DNA of 64,000 nt from positions 29,822,001 to 29,886,000 of the forward strand of contig OX597838.1 in the NCBI GenBank assembly GCA_951406725.2, in the 5' to 3' direction. Shown here piece by piece: positions 13,190-26,551 of this stretch. The notes beneath the pieces are model-generated. The model did no database searches and was not told the DNA's origin. It saw only the letters and a program-made list of their open reading frames with translations. The translations under genes were made by a program, and so were the position numbers. Origin of the DNA: Octopus vulgaris (taxonomy: Eukaryota). Numbering within the stretch: position 1 is the first letter of the stretch; the number at the start of each line of letters is the position of its first letter.

Positions 13190-13600
13190 GGCGCAGGAGT
13201 GGCTGTGTGGTAAGTAGCTTGCTAACCAACCACATGGTTCCGGGTTCAGTCCCACTGCGTGGCACCTTGGGCAAGTGTCTTCTGCTATAGCCTCGGGCCG
13301 ACCAATGCCTTGTGAGTGGATTTGGTAGACGGAAACTGAAAGAAGCCTGTCGTATATATGTATATATATATGTATAAGTGTGTGTGTGTATATGTTTGTG
13401 TGTCTGTGTTTGTCCCTCTAGCATTGCTTGACAACCGACGCTGGTGTGTTTACGTCCCCGTCACTTAGCGGTTCGGCAAAAAGAGACCGATAGAATAAGT
13501 ACTGGGCTTACAAAAGAATAAGTCCCGGGGTCGATTTGCTCGACTAAAGGTGGTGCTCCAGCATGGCCGCAGTCAAATGACTGAAACAAGTAAAAGAGTA
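13190..13600 (+). mobile_element. Full-length CORE-type SINE
   Basis: Complete head, core and tail as in the 5840 family. Confidence 0.9.
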
Positions 13601-14022
13601 TACCACACATAAGCATAACATCTACATACGGATTTGGAATATTAGAATAAGCAGATTCACTTCAAGAGGAGGACACAGCTTGGATCTTCATTCAGCTGTA
13701 GAAATGAGTGGCCCACTGGTGCCAAGCCATTTCAGCCTTTGCCTTTTCCTTGGATAGCATTGGTGGCACAGAGAGGGAAAGCTGGGTGACTGCTGCTCTT
13801 CTATAAACAACCTTGCCTGGACTTGTGCCCTTGAGGGGAACTCTCTGGGAGCAATCCCAGATTCATTCCTAGCTGAAGGGGGTCTTTACCCTTTATTGAA
13901 GGAAGACATGTATTGGTTAAGACATAAATTATTTCAGAGTTTGGTTTGTTCCCTTGCAAACACACAGGGAGAATTCATCTCAACAAACATGAAAGCTAAT
14001 TTGCATATATAATTTATTCAAT

Positions 14023-14425
14023 AGGCATAGGAGTCGATGTGTGGTAAGTAGCTTGCTTACCAACCACATGGTTCCAGGTTCAGTCCCACTGCGTGACACC
14101 TTAAGCAAGTGTCTTTGGGCCAACCAAAGCCTTGTAAGTGGTTTTGACAGACGGAAACTGAAAGAAGCCTGTAGTATATATGTATATATGTGTGTGTGTG
14201 TGTATATGTTTGTGTGTCTGTGTTTGTCCCCCTAGCATCACTTGACAACCGATGCTGGTGTGTTTACGTCCCTGTAACTTAGCAGTTCGGCAAAAGAGAC
14301 CAATAGAATAAGTACTAAGCATACAAAGAATAAGTCTTGGGGTCGATTTGCTCGACTAAAGGTGGTGCTCCAGCATGGCCACTGTCAAATGACTGAAAGA
14401 AGTAAATGAGTAAAGAGTAAAGAGT
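14023..14425 (+). mobile_element. CORE-type SINE
   Basis: Same family as 13190. Confidence 0.9.
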
Positions 14426-16154
14426 AATAAATTAAAATTAATTTTAATTATCACTACTTTCGTGTCTGTCCTTATTCTGGTCATTTTATTTTTTTTTGTT
14501 CTCTGTTTGCATTCTAAAATAATATTTAGCTGAACAACAATCAAGAGTGTTCCAACCGTAGCCAACACTCCTTCCAACACCTTTATGAATATCTCAGACT
14601 ATATTCTCCAACATGTTTATTTTTCACCTAAAGAAAACGACAACAACAACAGCAACGACAAAAACGGTTGAACATAATTCCGAGGGGACTCTGCTGCTAT
14701 TACTAGCATCTTCATGCGATCGCATGGCGGTTCCCTTTGTTGTCTACGGCACTCATAAAACTCAAGCGTGATTCATTGACTTGCAATGTCGGGTCCAGTT
14801 TTGCCGTGGGAAAAGTTATTTTCGATAGATTAACATTTATTTAGAGCAATGGGAGGCAGGAAAAACCAGATATTTGTTTCATGTCCTGCCATAGACTGCA
14901 ATGATGTGTAAATCTAATGGACGAGCCTCTATGGCGGTCGCATGGTCTGCTAGAAATAGCAGCCACGCACACCCATCTCAGACTGCATTCACTTCATCTT
15001 AGAAGAACAGGAAAGGCTCATTGGACAAAGTAGTCTTTGTTTTTTAACAAAGTTCCTGGCTTTTGAATAAAAGAAAATACAGGAGGATCAATTAATTATG
15101 ATTTTATCCAACATATTCCCCTCTCAGAATCACACAGTTATTGCAGAGGTCCTTCAGTTTTTCTAAGCTCTGCAAAAGAACTCAGAAGGTTGAACCTCCA
15201 ACCAGGCCTTTCATGACACCCATAAAGCCAGGAACTTTTCAGCACTTCCACGTATAATACATTGGAATGGTGTACCGCAACTGCCGTTTCGGAAATACGT
15301 AAGATGTTACTAGAAAGTTCTGTATAAGTAGATGCCTGTTGAAGTGGCATTATGAGGGAGTTTTGCTAATAAAATTAAGAGATATCCCGAATTCTCTTTA
15401 TAAAATTATGGGATGTGCCTTGTCCTCGCTTCTGGTCAATTTATTATTATTATTTTTAACTCTAAACTACGTAATTTAGAAATGTAACTAAATACCACAA
15501 AGCTTTTTCGGATCTTATATCCACTGGCCGACGGTCATTGAATCCTATTTTAAGATGCAAAACACGTAGAACGTAAGATGTGTCAGCAGTGAAGCGAAAA
15601 GAAAAAAAATGTTATGATGATAATCTAGTAAAAAAAAAAAAATGTACATAAAATGTATGCAATGGAAAGAAAAACGAAAGTCTGAAATTTAATCTCTTCG
15701 TGTAATCTAAAAATATTTATATTTTAATCAAATTGCAATTTTCGGCATAACTACACGTGTTCCCCCGACCCCGTGCCAACGACTTTGCCTTCTCATAACT
15801 TCCAGAAAAATGAATATTTTTTAATGATTTTTTTTTTTTACAAATATGCTTTGTATATTCTGATTATTCTAGAATTTGTTGTGAAAAACTTCTGGAGGGC
15901 AGGGAGGGGGTATTTCTGAAAATTTACAAAAGGTGGCTTTGTTTCCTCATAAATTTCAGAAAATTTTTGTTAAGAAATTTTCTACAAATACTTTTCAGAT
16001 GCGTAGATTACAATTATATCGGAAATATATATATATATATAATGCTGACACATAACACAATTTTTTCGGAAGTACAGGTTTCATTTTGTGATGTGTGTCA
16101 GTATATAGGTATCCGAGCACACATTTTTTTTTTCCATATTATATTCCGATATAT

Positions 16155-16375
16155 ATTTCATTACTACCCACAAGGGGCTAAACACAGAGGGGATAAACAA
16201 GGACAGACAAACGGATTAAGTCGATGGTGCGTAACTGGTACTTAATTTATCGACCCCAAAAAGATGAAAGGCAAAGTCGACCTCGACGGAATTTGAACTC
16301 AGAACGTAACGGCAGACGAAATACGGCTACGCATTTCGCCCGGTGTGCTAACGGTTCTGCCAGCTCGCCGCCTTA
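16155..16375 (-). mobile_element. Meta-like SINE with ~16-bp TSD
   Basis: Reverse complement of the 4947 family; flanked by ATTATATTCCGATATA on both sides. Confidence 0.85.
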
Positions 16376-16689
16376 ATTATATATTCCGATATAATCATAA
16401 TATACACCATCTGAAAGGTATTTGTTTAAAATTTTATACAAAATATCCATTTTCGGCAAGTTATGAGGAAACATTACCGACCCGTGAGAATTTTCCGAAA
16501 TTCGTCTCCCCACCCTCAGAAAATGTAATCGGAATCTACACGATCTGAAGCATATCCAGAAGATTTCATTAAAAAATACTCGTTTTTTTTTAATTATGAG
16601 GAAATAAAATCAGGGAATGCACAGTTGTGTAGGTGTCCCAAATTTCTCATTTATAGAACAAATTAGATTCGCGGATACGTGTTCTGCAT

Positions 16690-17390
16690 TGTCGTCGTAT
16701 TTTCTTCTGAGCTAAGATTTGTACGTGCCAAGTGGTCCATGAAAATGCTGTGAGTGATTAGCAAGTTCATGAATATAATTTTCCATCACGTACTTCGACT
16801 CATTTAAGCTCGACCATCGATCCCATATAATCACGTTCGCTCAGTCTTTTCCACAGCATTCGTTGTTGAAACCATTGAAGAAAAAAAAATCACAATTTTA
16901 GCTAGAAAAAAGTCACATTTTATTTAAATACCAACAATTAAAGTGATACAAAATATAATTCTAAATCAGTTATTGAGTTACAGTACGTGACTTATACGCA
17001 ATGTGTATGCATGATGGCATTACACAAATGCAAAAAATCCTTCTATTAAATTTCTTAAGCTAAAGTTAGACAACGACAGCCATTTATTGACCATACATGA
17101 GACGTACAGATTTTAAAATCCGTCATAGTATCGTGGATATTCAGTATCTTTAATGTCGATACCACGGATAAACTTGCCACAGTCTTGTGGTCCTCCCGTC
17201 GAGCAGCACAAATGGAATGTTTTTATAGCTGCACATCACGCCAGCCAACTCTTATTTGATGTCGGTTACCAACATCATTCTGCTGTCTGGTGACATTTTT
17301 TTTCTGAGACTTTTTCCTAGATTCGTCATTTCGGTTGCTATTTCTGCTACAACTAAGACTTCACCTATAAGTACGATAAACGTGGCTGTG
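16690..17390 (-). pseudogene. Highly degraded Merlin/IS1595-like transposase relic
   Basis: Minus-strand fragments in the expected order: LIGEVLVVAEI / NDESRKKSQKKKCH (cf. EIDES.FGKRKYH), ELAGVMC...PFVLLDGRT (cf. WVFGG...F...V.DR), IIWDRWSS...YIHELANHSQHFHGP (cf. I.SD.W.AY...Y.H..VNHS..F.DP). Confidence 0.5.
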
Positions 17391-17595
17391 GCATTATTCA
17401 TTTACAGTGTTAATGAAATAATTTATTTATTCATATTTCAGTTCCTGTTGTTTCCTCTTCCACTGGTTGGTCTGTCGTGTATGGACACAAAATGGTGGAC
17501 ATCGAGATGAAAGCAACTGGAATGACAGTACAGAAAAGAAAAACGTGTACGTTAAAAATCACCAATAAAATGTTACTGAAAATCACGCATCTTTC

Positions 17596-17929
17596 GGATC
17601 TTTACCTTTTGACCGATAGATTTTAAAAAAAATGTTTGTAACTAAACACTTTCAAACTTCGGACACTGGTAGAATGTGTTACATAAAACATCTTTTACTC
17701 TTGGCGTTGTTGAGTAATTTTATTTAGCTGAATACATTTCATTGATTGGTTGAAATTACTGAAATACGAGAACTTTAACAAAAAATAACTTCCAAAATAC
17801 AGAATTTTCTCAACAACGCCAAGAGAAAAAGATGTTTTTATGTGACACATTCTACAAGTATACGAAGTTTGAAAGTATTTAGTTACAAAAAATTATTTTT
17901 AAAATCTGTCGGGCAAAAGGTAAAGATCC
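17596..17929. mobile_element. Merlin-like foldback MITE
   Basis: ~130-bp TIRs starting GGATCTTTACCTTTTG; perfect 8-bp TSD CATCTTTC (17588-17595, 17930-17937); subterminal sequence shared with the 11429 element. Confidence 0.85.
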
Positions 17930-18000
17930 CATCTTTCTTTGTCATGCACACATCGTTAGGTTGTTTGTTTGTTTGTGTACACACACACACAACGCAAACA

Positions 18001-18752
18001 CAGAGGGTGGCGCACAGAAAAGTAGCCTGGATTCGGCAGCATAGTGTATTTAAATTTATACACTTGAAAAAGCTCCCAGCCTTTTGTTTGCAAATGTCAT
18101 TGTGTTATTTCGGCCACTTGTAACTGCTATTCAGAAGCCATGTGCAGTAATTTACTCGTTTGCACCTGTCACCCACTTTTAATTATTGTACACATGTGAA
18201 ATGATATGGCTTCAACTTCAAGCTTTTCAAGCCCCGTTGGCATGACCTCCTGCTTGTACGAGACTGATGCGCCAATTAATGTGTGGACTTCTTTGGCGAA
18301 TGTCTCTGAATAGTTTCCTGCTTTCGAACTGTAGGGTCTCTTTGTTTTGGGACATTGTACACAGACCCTGTAATGTGTCACTTCTTAACCAACATCTATA
18401 TCGTTCTCTTTGCCGCGGTTAAGCCTTTACCCGAAAACTTGACTTCAAAAATTTCACACAATTTGCTTAACAAAACCCATTCTCACAGATGCTTCCACAA
18501 TCTTCACTCTTCCTGCTGTTGAGTACGTCTTGATGCAGAAAAGGCCAGATATGTTCATTCGATGCTATCTTACTATCGACTAATGTGGTGAGGATGCAGT
18601 AAGCATAACGAAGCAAACAGTCGACTATAATGCGTCATCTTTGTTCAGCAGTTACAAGGTGTCGAAATAACACAAAAGACATTTGCAAACAAAAGACTGG
18701 GTGCTTTTTCGCATGTGGAAATTTATTTTTGTATTTACGCTATGCTACGGAA
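18001..18752 (-). mobile_element. Internally deleted mariner/Tc1-superfamily element (DUF4817-type HTH transposase relic) with long TIRs
   Basis: Minus translation MLVKK*HITGSVYNVPKQRDPTVRKQETIQRHSPKKSTH*LAHQ...LKLKPYHFTCVQ*LKVGDRCKRVNYCTWLL; ~100-bp inverted repeats at 18032-18127 and 18647-18752. Confidence 0.75.
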
Positions 18753-18762
18753 TAAGAAATCA

Positions 18763-18802
18763 CTGATGAAGGCTGGATGGTATATCAGCCGAAACGTTGT
18801 GT
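18763..18802 (+). ncRNA. Minimal hammerhead ribozyme motif (family P3), stem I 5' strand truncated
   Basis: CTGATGA-A-GGCTG...CAGCC-GAAAC-GTT-GTGT; element tail continues after a SINE at 19316-19351. Confidence 0.6.
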
Positions 18803-18850
18803 TAGCAACAAACAAGATGAGGACAAATATCCGTCGAATGTAAATAATGT

Positions 18851-19013
18851 AGGAGTAGGAGTGGCTGTGTGGTAAGTAGCTTGCTTACGAACCACATGGT
18901 TCCAGGTTCAGTCCCACTGCGTGGCACCTTGGGCAAGTGTCTTCTACTATAGCCTCAGGCCGACTAAAGCCTTGCGAGTGGATTTGGTAGACGGAAACTG
19001 AAAGCCCGTTGTA

Positions 19014-19092
<79 letters not shown>

Positions 19093-19315
19093 GTGTGTAT
19101 ATGTTTGTGTGTCTGTGTTTGTCCCCCCAACATCGCTTGACAACCGATGCTGGTGTGTTTACGTCCCCGTAACTTAGCGCTTCGGCAAAAGAGACCGATA
19201 GAATAAGTACTAGGCTTACAAAGAATAAGTCCTGGGGTCGATTTGCTCGACTAAAGGCGGTGCTCCAGCATGGCCGCAGTCAAATGACTGAAACAAATAA
19301 AAGAGTAAAAGAGTA
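18851..19315 (+). mobile_element. Full-length CORE-type SINE
   Basis: Same family; short TSD TAATGTA. Confidence 0.9.
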
Positions 19316-19574
19316 ATGTACATAATTCCTCATCTCTTAAATATAGAACTGTATAATCTATTTACACTTTAAATTTCATTTTAGCAAACAAAAGATAAAA
19401 TTTGAACTTTATTTTAGTAAACAAAGATAAACACAAGATATTAAAATCATTTTTCATAAAGTCGTTCATTTTTTAGTCCATTCAGCTGGTGACTAGCTTG
19501 ATATTGGTGTTTCTGACACAAGATATCCTAATCAGTTTTAATGAACTCATTAGTCTGATAGTTCCTCTGCTCTT

Positions 19575-19987
19575 TCTCTTTACTCTTTTACTTGTTTCAG
19601 TCATTTGACTGCGGCCATGCTGGAGCACCGCCTTTAGTCGAGCAAATCGAACCCGGGACTTATTCTTTGTAAGCCCAGTACTTATTCTATCGGTCTCTTT
19701 TGCCGAACCGCAAAGTGACGGGGACATAAACACACCAGCATCGGTTGTCAAGCAATGTTGTGGGGGGGGGGGCAACACAGACACACAAACACATACGCAC
19801 ACACATACATATATATATACATATATACGACGGGCTTCTTTCAGTTTCCGTCTACCAAATCCACTCACAAGGCTTTGGTCGGCCCGAGGCTATAGAAGAA
19901 GACACTTGCCCAAGGTGTCATGCAGTGGGACTGAACCCAGAACCATGTGGTTGGTAAGCAAGCTACTTACCACACAGCCACTCCTGC
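19575..19987 (-). mobile_element. CORE-type SINE inside the hAT ORF
   Basis: Reverse complement of the 13190 family. Confidence 0.9.
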
Positions 19988-22106
19988 AGTTGACATCTAA
20001 TTTATTTCTTTTTCTACTTAGAATATCTACAACAGATGAAAATGCAGATTCCACCATCCATGTGGTAGGGAAAGAAATGTTGCTTGCTTTCTACATGTCG
20101 AAAAATATTTGGGTGTGATTCCTTAATCGACATGTAGGCAAAGACACCTTCTTTGTCAATTCTTCTTCTCGGTTTCATATTCTCTTTCAAATCCAACAAC
20201 ATTTCAGCCAACTCAAAATTTTCATCTCCTGGCTCATAATTTTCTAGGTCTACAAACCATAGTGGATAATCCATCTTTAATAAATCATTGTATCTTCTTT
20301 CAAAGTCTACATGAAGACCTTCAAGATGGGCAATGCATTCTGATGCAGGAACAGAGATGTTAAAATTTTGAAATGATGCCAATTTTTTTTTCCAAACTGT
20401 TTTTTACCAAAATTTTAATTTCCCCATATACCCTTTTATCTTCTGAGAACAGCTCTAGGTTAAGCAGATTCACTGTTTTAAAAATATCACTCAAGTAGAA
20501 TATTTTTGATTTAAACTCAGAAAATCTTTCCAAAATTTTCTTAGCTGTTTCAGTTTGCTTCTTGGAATTGTAATGAGTCAGCTGATTCTTGAACATGATT
20601 AATGGTTCCCACCAATTCACTAGTCTTTCAAGGCTCAGACCTTTTGACAACCATCTTATTTCTGTGTGAAGCAATAGGGTTTTAAAATCTTCATCTTCAC
20701 AGAATTGCATTAAAAAATCTACTATTCTCTGAGTTTGATTTGACAAAGTTTATTACATGTATGGCAGTGTTGAGTGCTTCTTCCACTTGTCCTCCAATAT
20801 TCTTAGTAACCAAATGCCGTCTGTGGATAATGCAATCATCATCATCATTTAATGTCCGTCTTCCATGCTAGCACAGGTTGGACGGTTTGACCGGGGTCTG
20901 GGAAGCCAGGAGGCTGCACCAGGCTCCAGTCTGATCTGGCAGTGTTGTTTCTACAGCTGGATGCCCTTCCTAACGCCAACCACTCCATGAGCGTAGTGGG
21001 TGATTTTTACGTGCCACCGGCACAGGTGCCAGAGAAGGCTGGCAAACGGCCGTTTATAAAAAATGTGAGGAGCAACTGATTTCATTCTAGAAACAAAACC
21101 TTTCACTTTTCCAGTCTTGGCTGCAGTTCCATCTGATGCAATGTTGATCAAATTAGTCAATGGAATATTTTTATCTTTAAAATACTGCATTACTTCATTG
21201 AATATATCTTCTCCATTAGTAGTTTCAGACAAACTTTTAATGAATCACATTTCTTCCCTTATATCATCTTCATGGATGAATCTGACACAGACCAGAAGGA
21301 TAGCTTGGTTGTGAATTGTGCTATCATCAACCTGGATAGAAAAATGTCTTTTGAAGAATTTCCACAATCTTCTCCTCAACAATATTAGACATTCCATCCT
21401 ATCTTCTTGTAATTGTGTTATTTGAAAGTGGAATTGTACTCAGAGTAGATGCAGCATCTTTTCCCAGAACATCATTTGCACAAGCTATCATAGCAGGCTC
21501 GACAAGTTTCTCACCTTAAATCTGAGGTGCTGCAACCTTGGCAATAATTTCAGAGACCAAATAACTTGGTTTGAGTGTCTTTGCTTTTTCAGTATTCCTC
21601 TTCTTTACAAAGTCGGGTAGTTTGATTGGCTGTAATTTCTTTTTATTCTCAAAATATTCCCTACCTTTACCAACAGATGATGGGTGCCTTAATTTCTGGT
21701 GCTGTTCCAGCTTAACTTTCTTCATGGAATGATTTGTCGTGATGGCATCACATTCAAGACACATAGGTTTTGAGTCTACAGATACAAAACCAAACATGAT
21801 AAAATCTTCTTTGTAGTTCTTCAGTTTTGCCTTTTGTAGCAGTTGGTTCAGACATTATTACAACTGATCTTAAAAAAAATAAAAATAATAAATACTTTAT
21901 TTCTATAGATCAAAAATATCAAATTTATTATGAAACTGTTGTGATTGTAAAATTTTAATTTATGTAATTCTTGATTGTAATATATTATTGATTATATAAT
22001 ATACATTATTGATTCTTATGGAATAATTATAGAATTTTGTTTTCTTATTATTGTGTCTTCTTATAAATCATTATTAACTAACAATGTCTTTATTATTGAT
22101 CAGTAT

Positions 22107-22321
22107 TACTCTTTTACTTGTTTCAGTCATTTGACTGCGGCCATGCTGGAGCACCGCCTTTAGTCGAGCAAATCAACCCCGGGACTTATTCTTTGTAAGC
22201 CCAGTACTTATTCTATCGGTCTCTTTTGCTGAACCGCTAAATTACGGGGACGTAAACACACCAGCATCGGTTGTCAAGCAATGCTAGAGGGACAAACACA
22301 GACACACAAACATATATATAC

Positions 22322-22380
<59 letters not shown>

Positions 22381-22547
22381 TACGACAGGCTTCTTTCAGT
22401 TTCCGTCTACCAAATCCACTCACAAGGCATTGGTTGGCCTGAGGCTATAGCAGAAGACACTTGCCCAAGATGCCACGCAGTGGGACTGAACCCAGAACCA
22501 TGTGCTTGGTAGGCAAGCTACTTACCACACAGCCACTCCTGCGCCTA
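22107..22547 (-). mobile_element. CORE-type SINE inside the hAT 5' region
   Basis: Reverse complement of the 13190 family. Confidence 0.9.
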
Positions 22548-25054
22548 TTGTATAAATCTGAAAGGGTTTACATTTTTTTTATGGCTACAAATTCTCTGGG
22601 GACCACCGGTGGGCCCTAGGGACCACGTTGGGAATCACTGAGTTACATCAATCCCAGTGCTCAACTGGTACTCTCTTTACTCTTTTACTTGTTTCAGTCA
22701 TTTGACTACAGCCATGCTGGAGCACCACCTTTAGTCAAGCAAATCGACCCCAGGACTTATTCTTTGTAAGCCTAGTACTTAGTCTCTTTTGCTGAACCAC
22801 TAAGTTACAGGGATGTAAACACACCAGCATCAGTTGTCAAACGATGTTGGGGTACAAACACAGACACACAAACATACATACATACATATCATCATCATCA
22901 TCATTTAACGTCCGCTTTCCATGCTAGCATGGGTTGGATGGTTTGACCGGGGTCTGGGAAGCCAGGAGGTTGCACCAGGCCCAGTCTGATCTGGCAGTGT
23001 TTCTACAGCTGGATGCCCTTCCTAACGCCAACCACTCCATGAGAGTAGTGGGTGCTTTTTACATGCCACCAGCACAGGTGCCAGGTGAGGCTGGCAACAG
23101 CCACGATCGGCTGGTGCTTTTTACATGCCACCAGCACAGAGGCCAGTCGGGGCAGAGCTGGTAACGGCCACGTTCAGATAGTTCTTTTACGTGCCACCAG
23201 TACTGGTATCACAACTACAATTTCCATTGATTTTTTAGCGATTTATACATTTATATATAAAGTTAATCCAAACAAGAAAGCACAAAAAACACAACAACGC
23301 GAGGATGTGGAACTAATATAGTATTATTAGCTCTTCGTCAGAAACATAGGAGAAGGAAAGATCCAGAGAAGGGAAGACAGAGGAAAAAAAATCGCCTACG
23401 GTACACACGAGGTCACATGTATAAATCGCTCAATGGGCTTCTTTCAGTTTCCGTCTACCAAATCCACTCACAAGGCTTTGGTCAGCCTGAGGCTATAGTA
23501 GAAGACACTTGCCCAAGGTACCACACAGTGGCACTGAACCCCGAACCATGTGGTTGCTAAGCAAGCTACTTACCACACAGCCACTCCTACTTATTTTGTT
23601 GATTCCGAAAGGTTGAATGGCAATGTCGATCTTGGCGACATTTGAGCTCAGAACGTAAAATCGGAAGAAATGCCGCTAAGCATTTTGTCCGGCAACGCTT
23701 CTGCCAACTTGCTGCCTTCATCCTACACATTATTGATGTCTGTTGATTGTCAATTATTAAGGAATGTCTATTCTTTACTTTCACTTTCACCAATTTCTTT
23801 CAATTTGTTGTTTGTCATTATATGTACATAAAACGAAAGAACACCTTCTTCTGTCGTTTCTTCCAGTTTTCTCGGTTTTTCTTTTCGTTTGAACCTTGGT
23901 TTCTTTTTTTTTCATTTTTTTTTTCCGCATCCTAAAATATATTTTACGCGATGCTCTGCCGAGTTTTATCGCAACGATATTGATTTTTTTCCTCTAAAAC
24001 ATAAGATCAATTATTGAACGAGATTATATAACGACAAGTATTTCGCAGGTACTAAATATCAACAATCACAGGTGAATTTGTGTTACGAAGTTTTCTTCCC
24101 AACCACACAGTTCCGGGTTCAGTCCCACTGCGTAGCCCCTCGGACAAGTGTCTTCTGCTTTAACCTAGAGCCGACCAAAGCCTTGTGAGTGGATTTGATG
24201 GACGGAAACTGAAAGAAGACCATTGTATATATAAATTAATAAATATATATGTGTGTGTGTCTGTAATTGTCCCCCCACAACCAGTGTTGGTGTGTTTACG
24301 TCACCGTAACTTAGCACTTCAAGAAAAGAGACCTATAGAAGAAGTACCAGATTTAAAAATAAATAGGTACCTAGGTCGCTTCGTTCGGCTAAAATTCCTC
24401 AAGGCGGTGCCTCAGCATGGCCGTATTCTAATGGTTGAAACGAATAAAAGATAAAGGTAAGAAAAAAATGGAACTGAAAAAAAAATTATAATCACAAGAC
24501 AAACTTTTAATAAAAGGACTGAAATATTTTTTTTGTTTTATTTAAGACACTGAATAAAACGTAAATTGTTTGTCACATATAAAAGTCATGACATAAACTC
24601 ATTAATTCACCCGCTAATTAGTATTAGCAGCTAATAATATACGGGTTGCGGCAGAAAAAGATCTTTCAGATTCTCATTCTTGATAAATGTTTTAAGGGAA
24701 AACAAATTATATATATATCACAGAAACGCATTTTCATCTATTAAAAATAAAATGGTAAACCATTAGCAACAAGAGAACGACATTATTACCTGCCTAACAC
24801 CTCTAATGTCAAAGCAATCGTCGTGCAAAATATGGGAGGTCTTTCTGCCTCGCTCCGTATTTGTTTTATTCGTGTAGCCATGATTTTGAATGTGAGTTTT
24901 TGGGGCACACACATACAATGTCATTATTGTATAAATTACGCACGAAAGTCTTAATTTGTTAGTTAATGAGCGACTTTGTTTAATTAACATAGCAACTATT
25001 TTTTTGTTTGTTTTTAATTAAATGTGTCATTTTGTTTGTTTGTTTGAAGTTATG

Positions 25055-25521
25055 AGACTGCGGCTTACTCTGGGGGTACCCAGCCTTGTAGCGTTTAGTC
25101 GAAGAAATCGACCCCTGGTCTTATTGGATTTTTTTTTTTCCTTTTCTTAAAGTTTGGTATTTATTTTATGTTTTTGGATGCCGAACCGCTAGGTTCGAGG
25201 ATGTAAACAAACCGTCACCGGTTGTCAAGTGACGGCGGAGACAAACACATACACACACACGTACGTACAAAAATATGTACACATATTCACACATATGTAC
25301 ACACACATACGTACGTACATATACATACGTCTGTACGTACGTACATACATAAATACATACATTTATACATACATACATGCATACATACGTACATACATAC
25401 ATACATACGTACATACATACATACATACATACATACGTACATACATACATACATACATACATACATACATACGTACATACATACATGCATACATACATAC
25501 ATACGTACGTACGTACATACA

Positions 25522-25552
<31 letters not shown>

Positions 25553-25940
25553 GTACGTACATACATAGTACATACATACGTACGTACATACATACATACA
25601 TACAAACATACATACATACGTACGTACATACATACATATGTACGTACGTACATACATACATACATACATACATACATACATACATACATACATACGTACA
25701 TACATATGTACGTACATACATAGTACACACATACGTACGTACATACATACATACGTACATACATACATACATATATACGTACATACATAGTACATACATA
25801 CGTACGTACATACATACATATGTACGTACGTACATACGATAGGCTGTCACGTCACAAGGTTTTGGTCGGCACACGGCTTATAGTAGAAAACACACTTGCC
25901 CAAGGTGCCACGCAGCAAACCTCTAACCACACAGCCAACT
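25055..25940 (-). mobile_element. Old CORE-type SINE whose internal microsatellite expanded to ~580 bp of (TACA/TACG)n (25255-25837)
   Basis: SINE tail before the array and SINE core/head after it. Confidence 0.75.
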
Positions 25941-26514
25941 TGCACCCAAGGCAGTGTATATATAGACAGATGTAAACACCGTATCTGTACACACAATATT
26001 TTAGTGGCCAGAAACAGCAGGATCAGCTGAACTAGTTTCGGCCCAGTGTTGGAACTTCATAAATAACTGGACAACCCTCTAGCGAAGAAAACTGCTTATA
26101 ACAAACCATCGTTGCCGAGAGCCGAAGTAAACTAGAGAGATCAATTTGCATATATCACACATTATTGACAACAAGCTGCATCGATAAATTACTGTTGCGT
26201 TAACTATGTTTTATTCCGATGTTATTCTATTGTACTGCAGTATATGTGTGTATCTATAGATTTTTTTTAAACCAACGCTGTGTGTAGGCGACACATGCAA
26301 GCATCTACTGCGGCCAACGGAGACGTAAACACACCAGCATCGGTTGTCAAGCAATGCTAGAGGGACAAACACAAACACATACATACACATATTCTATTGT
26401 ACTGCAGTATATGTGTGTATCTATAGATTTTTTTAAAACCAACGCTGTGTGTAGGCGACACATGCAAGTATCTACCTTGTTTTTTCCTGGCCAAAACAAT
26501 GAATTTTTTTCTGT

Positions 26515-26549
<35 letters not shown>

Positions 26550-26551
<2 letters not shown>

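Larger units (their letters stand above)
19482..22640 (-). mobile_element. hAT (Buster/Charlie-like) transposon with disrupted transposase (~21855 to ~19482)
   Basis: BED finger FGF...PMCLEC...SMKKVKLEQHQKLRH; FSIQVDDST; IASDGTAA; HCIIHR; LLLHTEIRWLSKG; PTTWMVESAFS; C-terminal HQYQASH; 5' TIR CAGTGATTCCCAAC on - at 22627-22640. The other end was not found. Confidence 0.9.

Noticed and set aside
14741-14815. GTCTACGGC resembling the 5S rRNA start
   Set aside because: Similarity does not extend; no internal control region.
25166-25874. Long MYVC/HTYI ORFs (also at 7344-7890, 12174-12711, 38212-39326, 47959-49350)
   Set aside because: Microsatellite translations.
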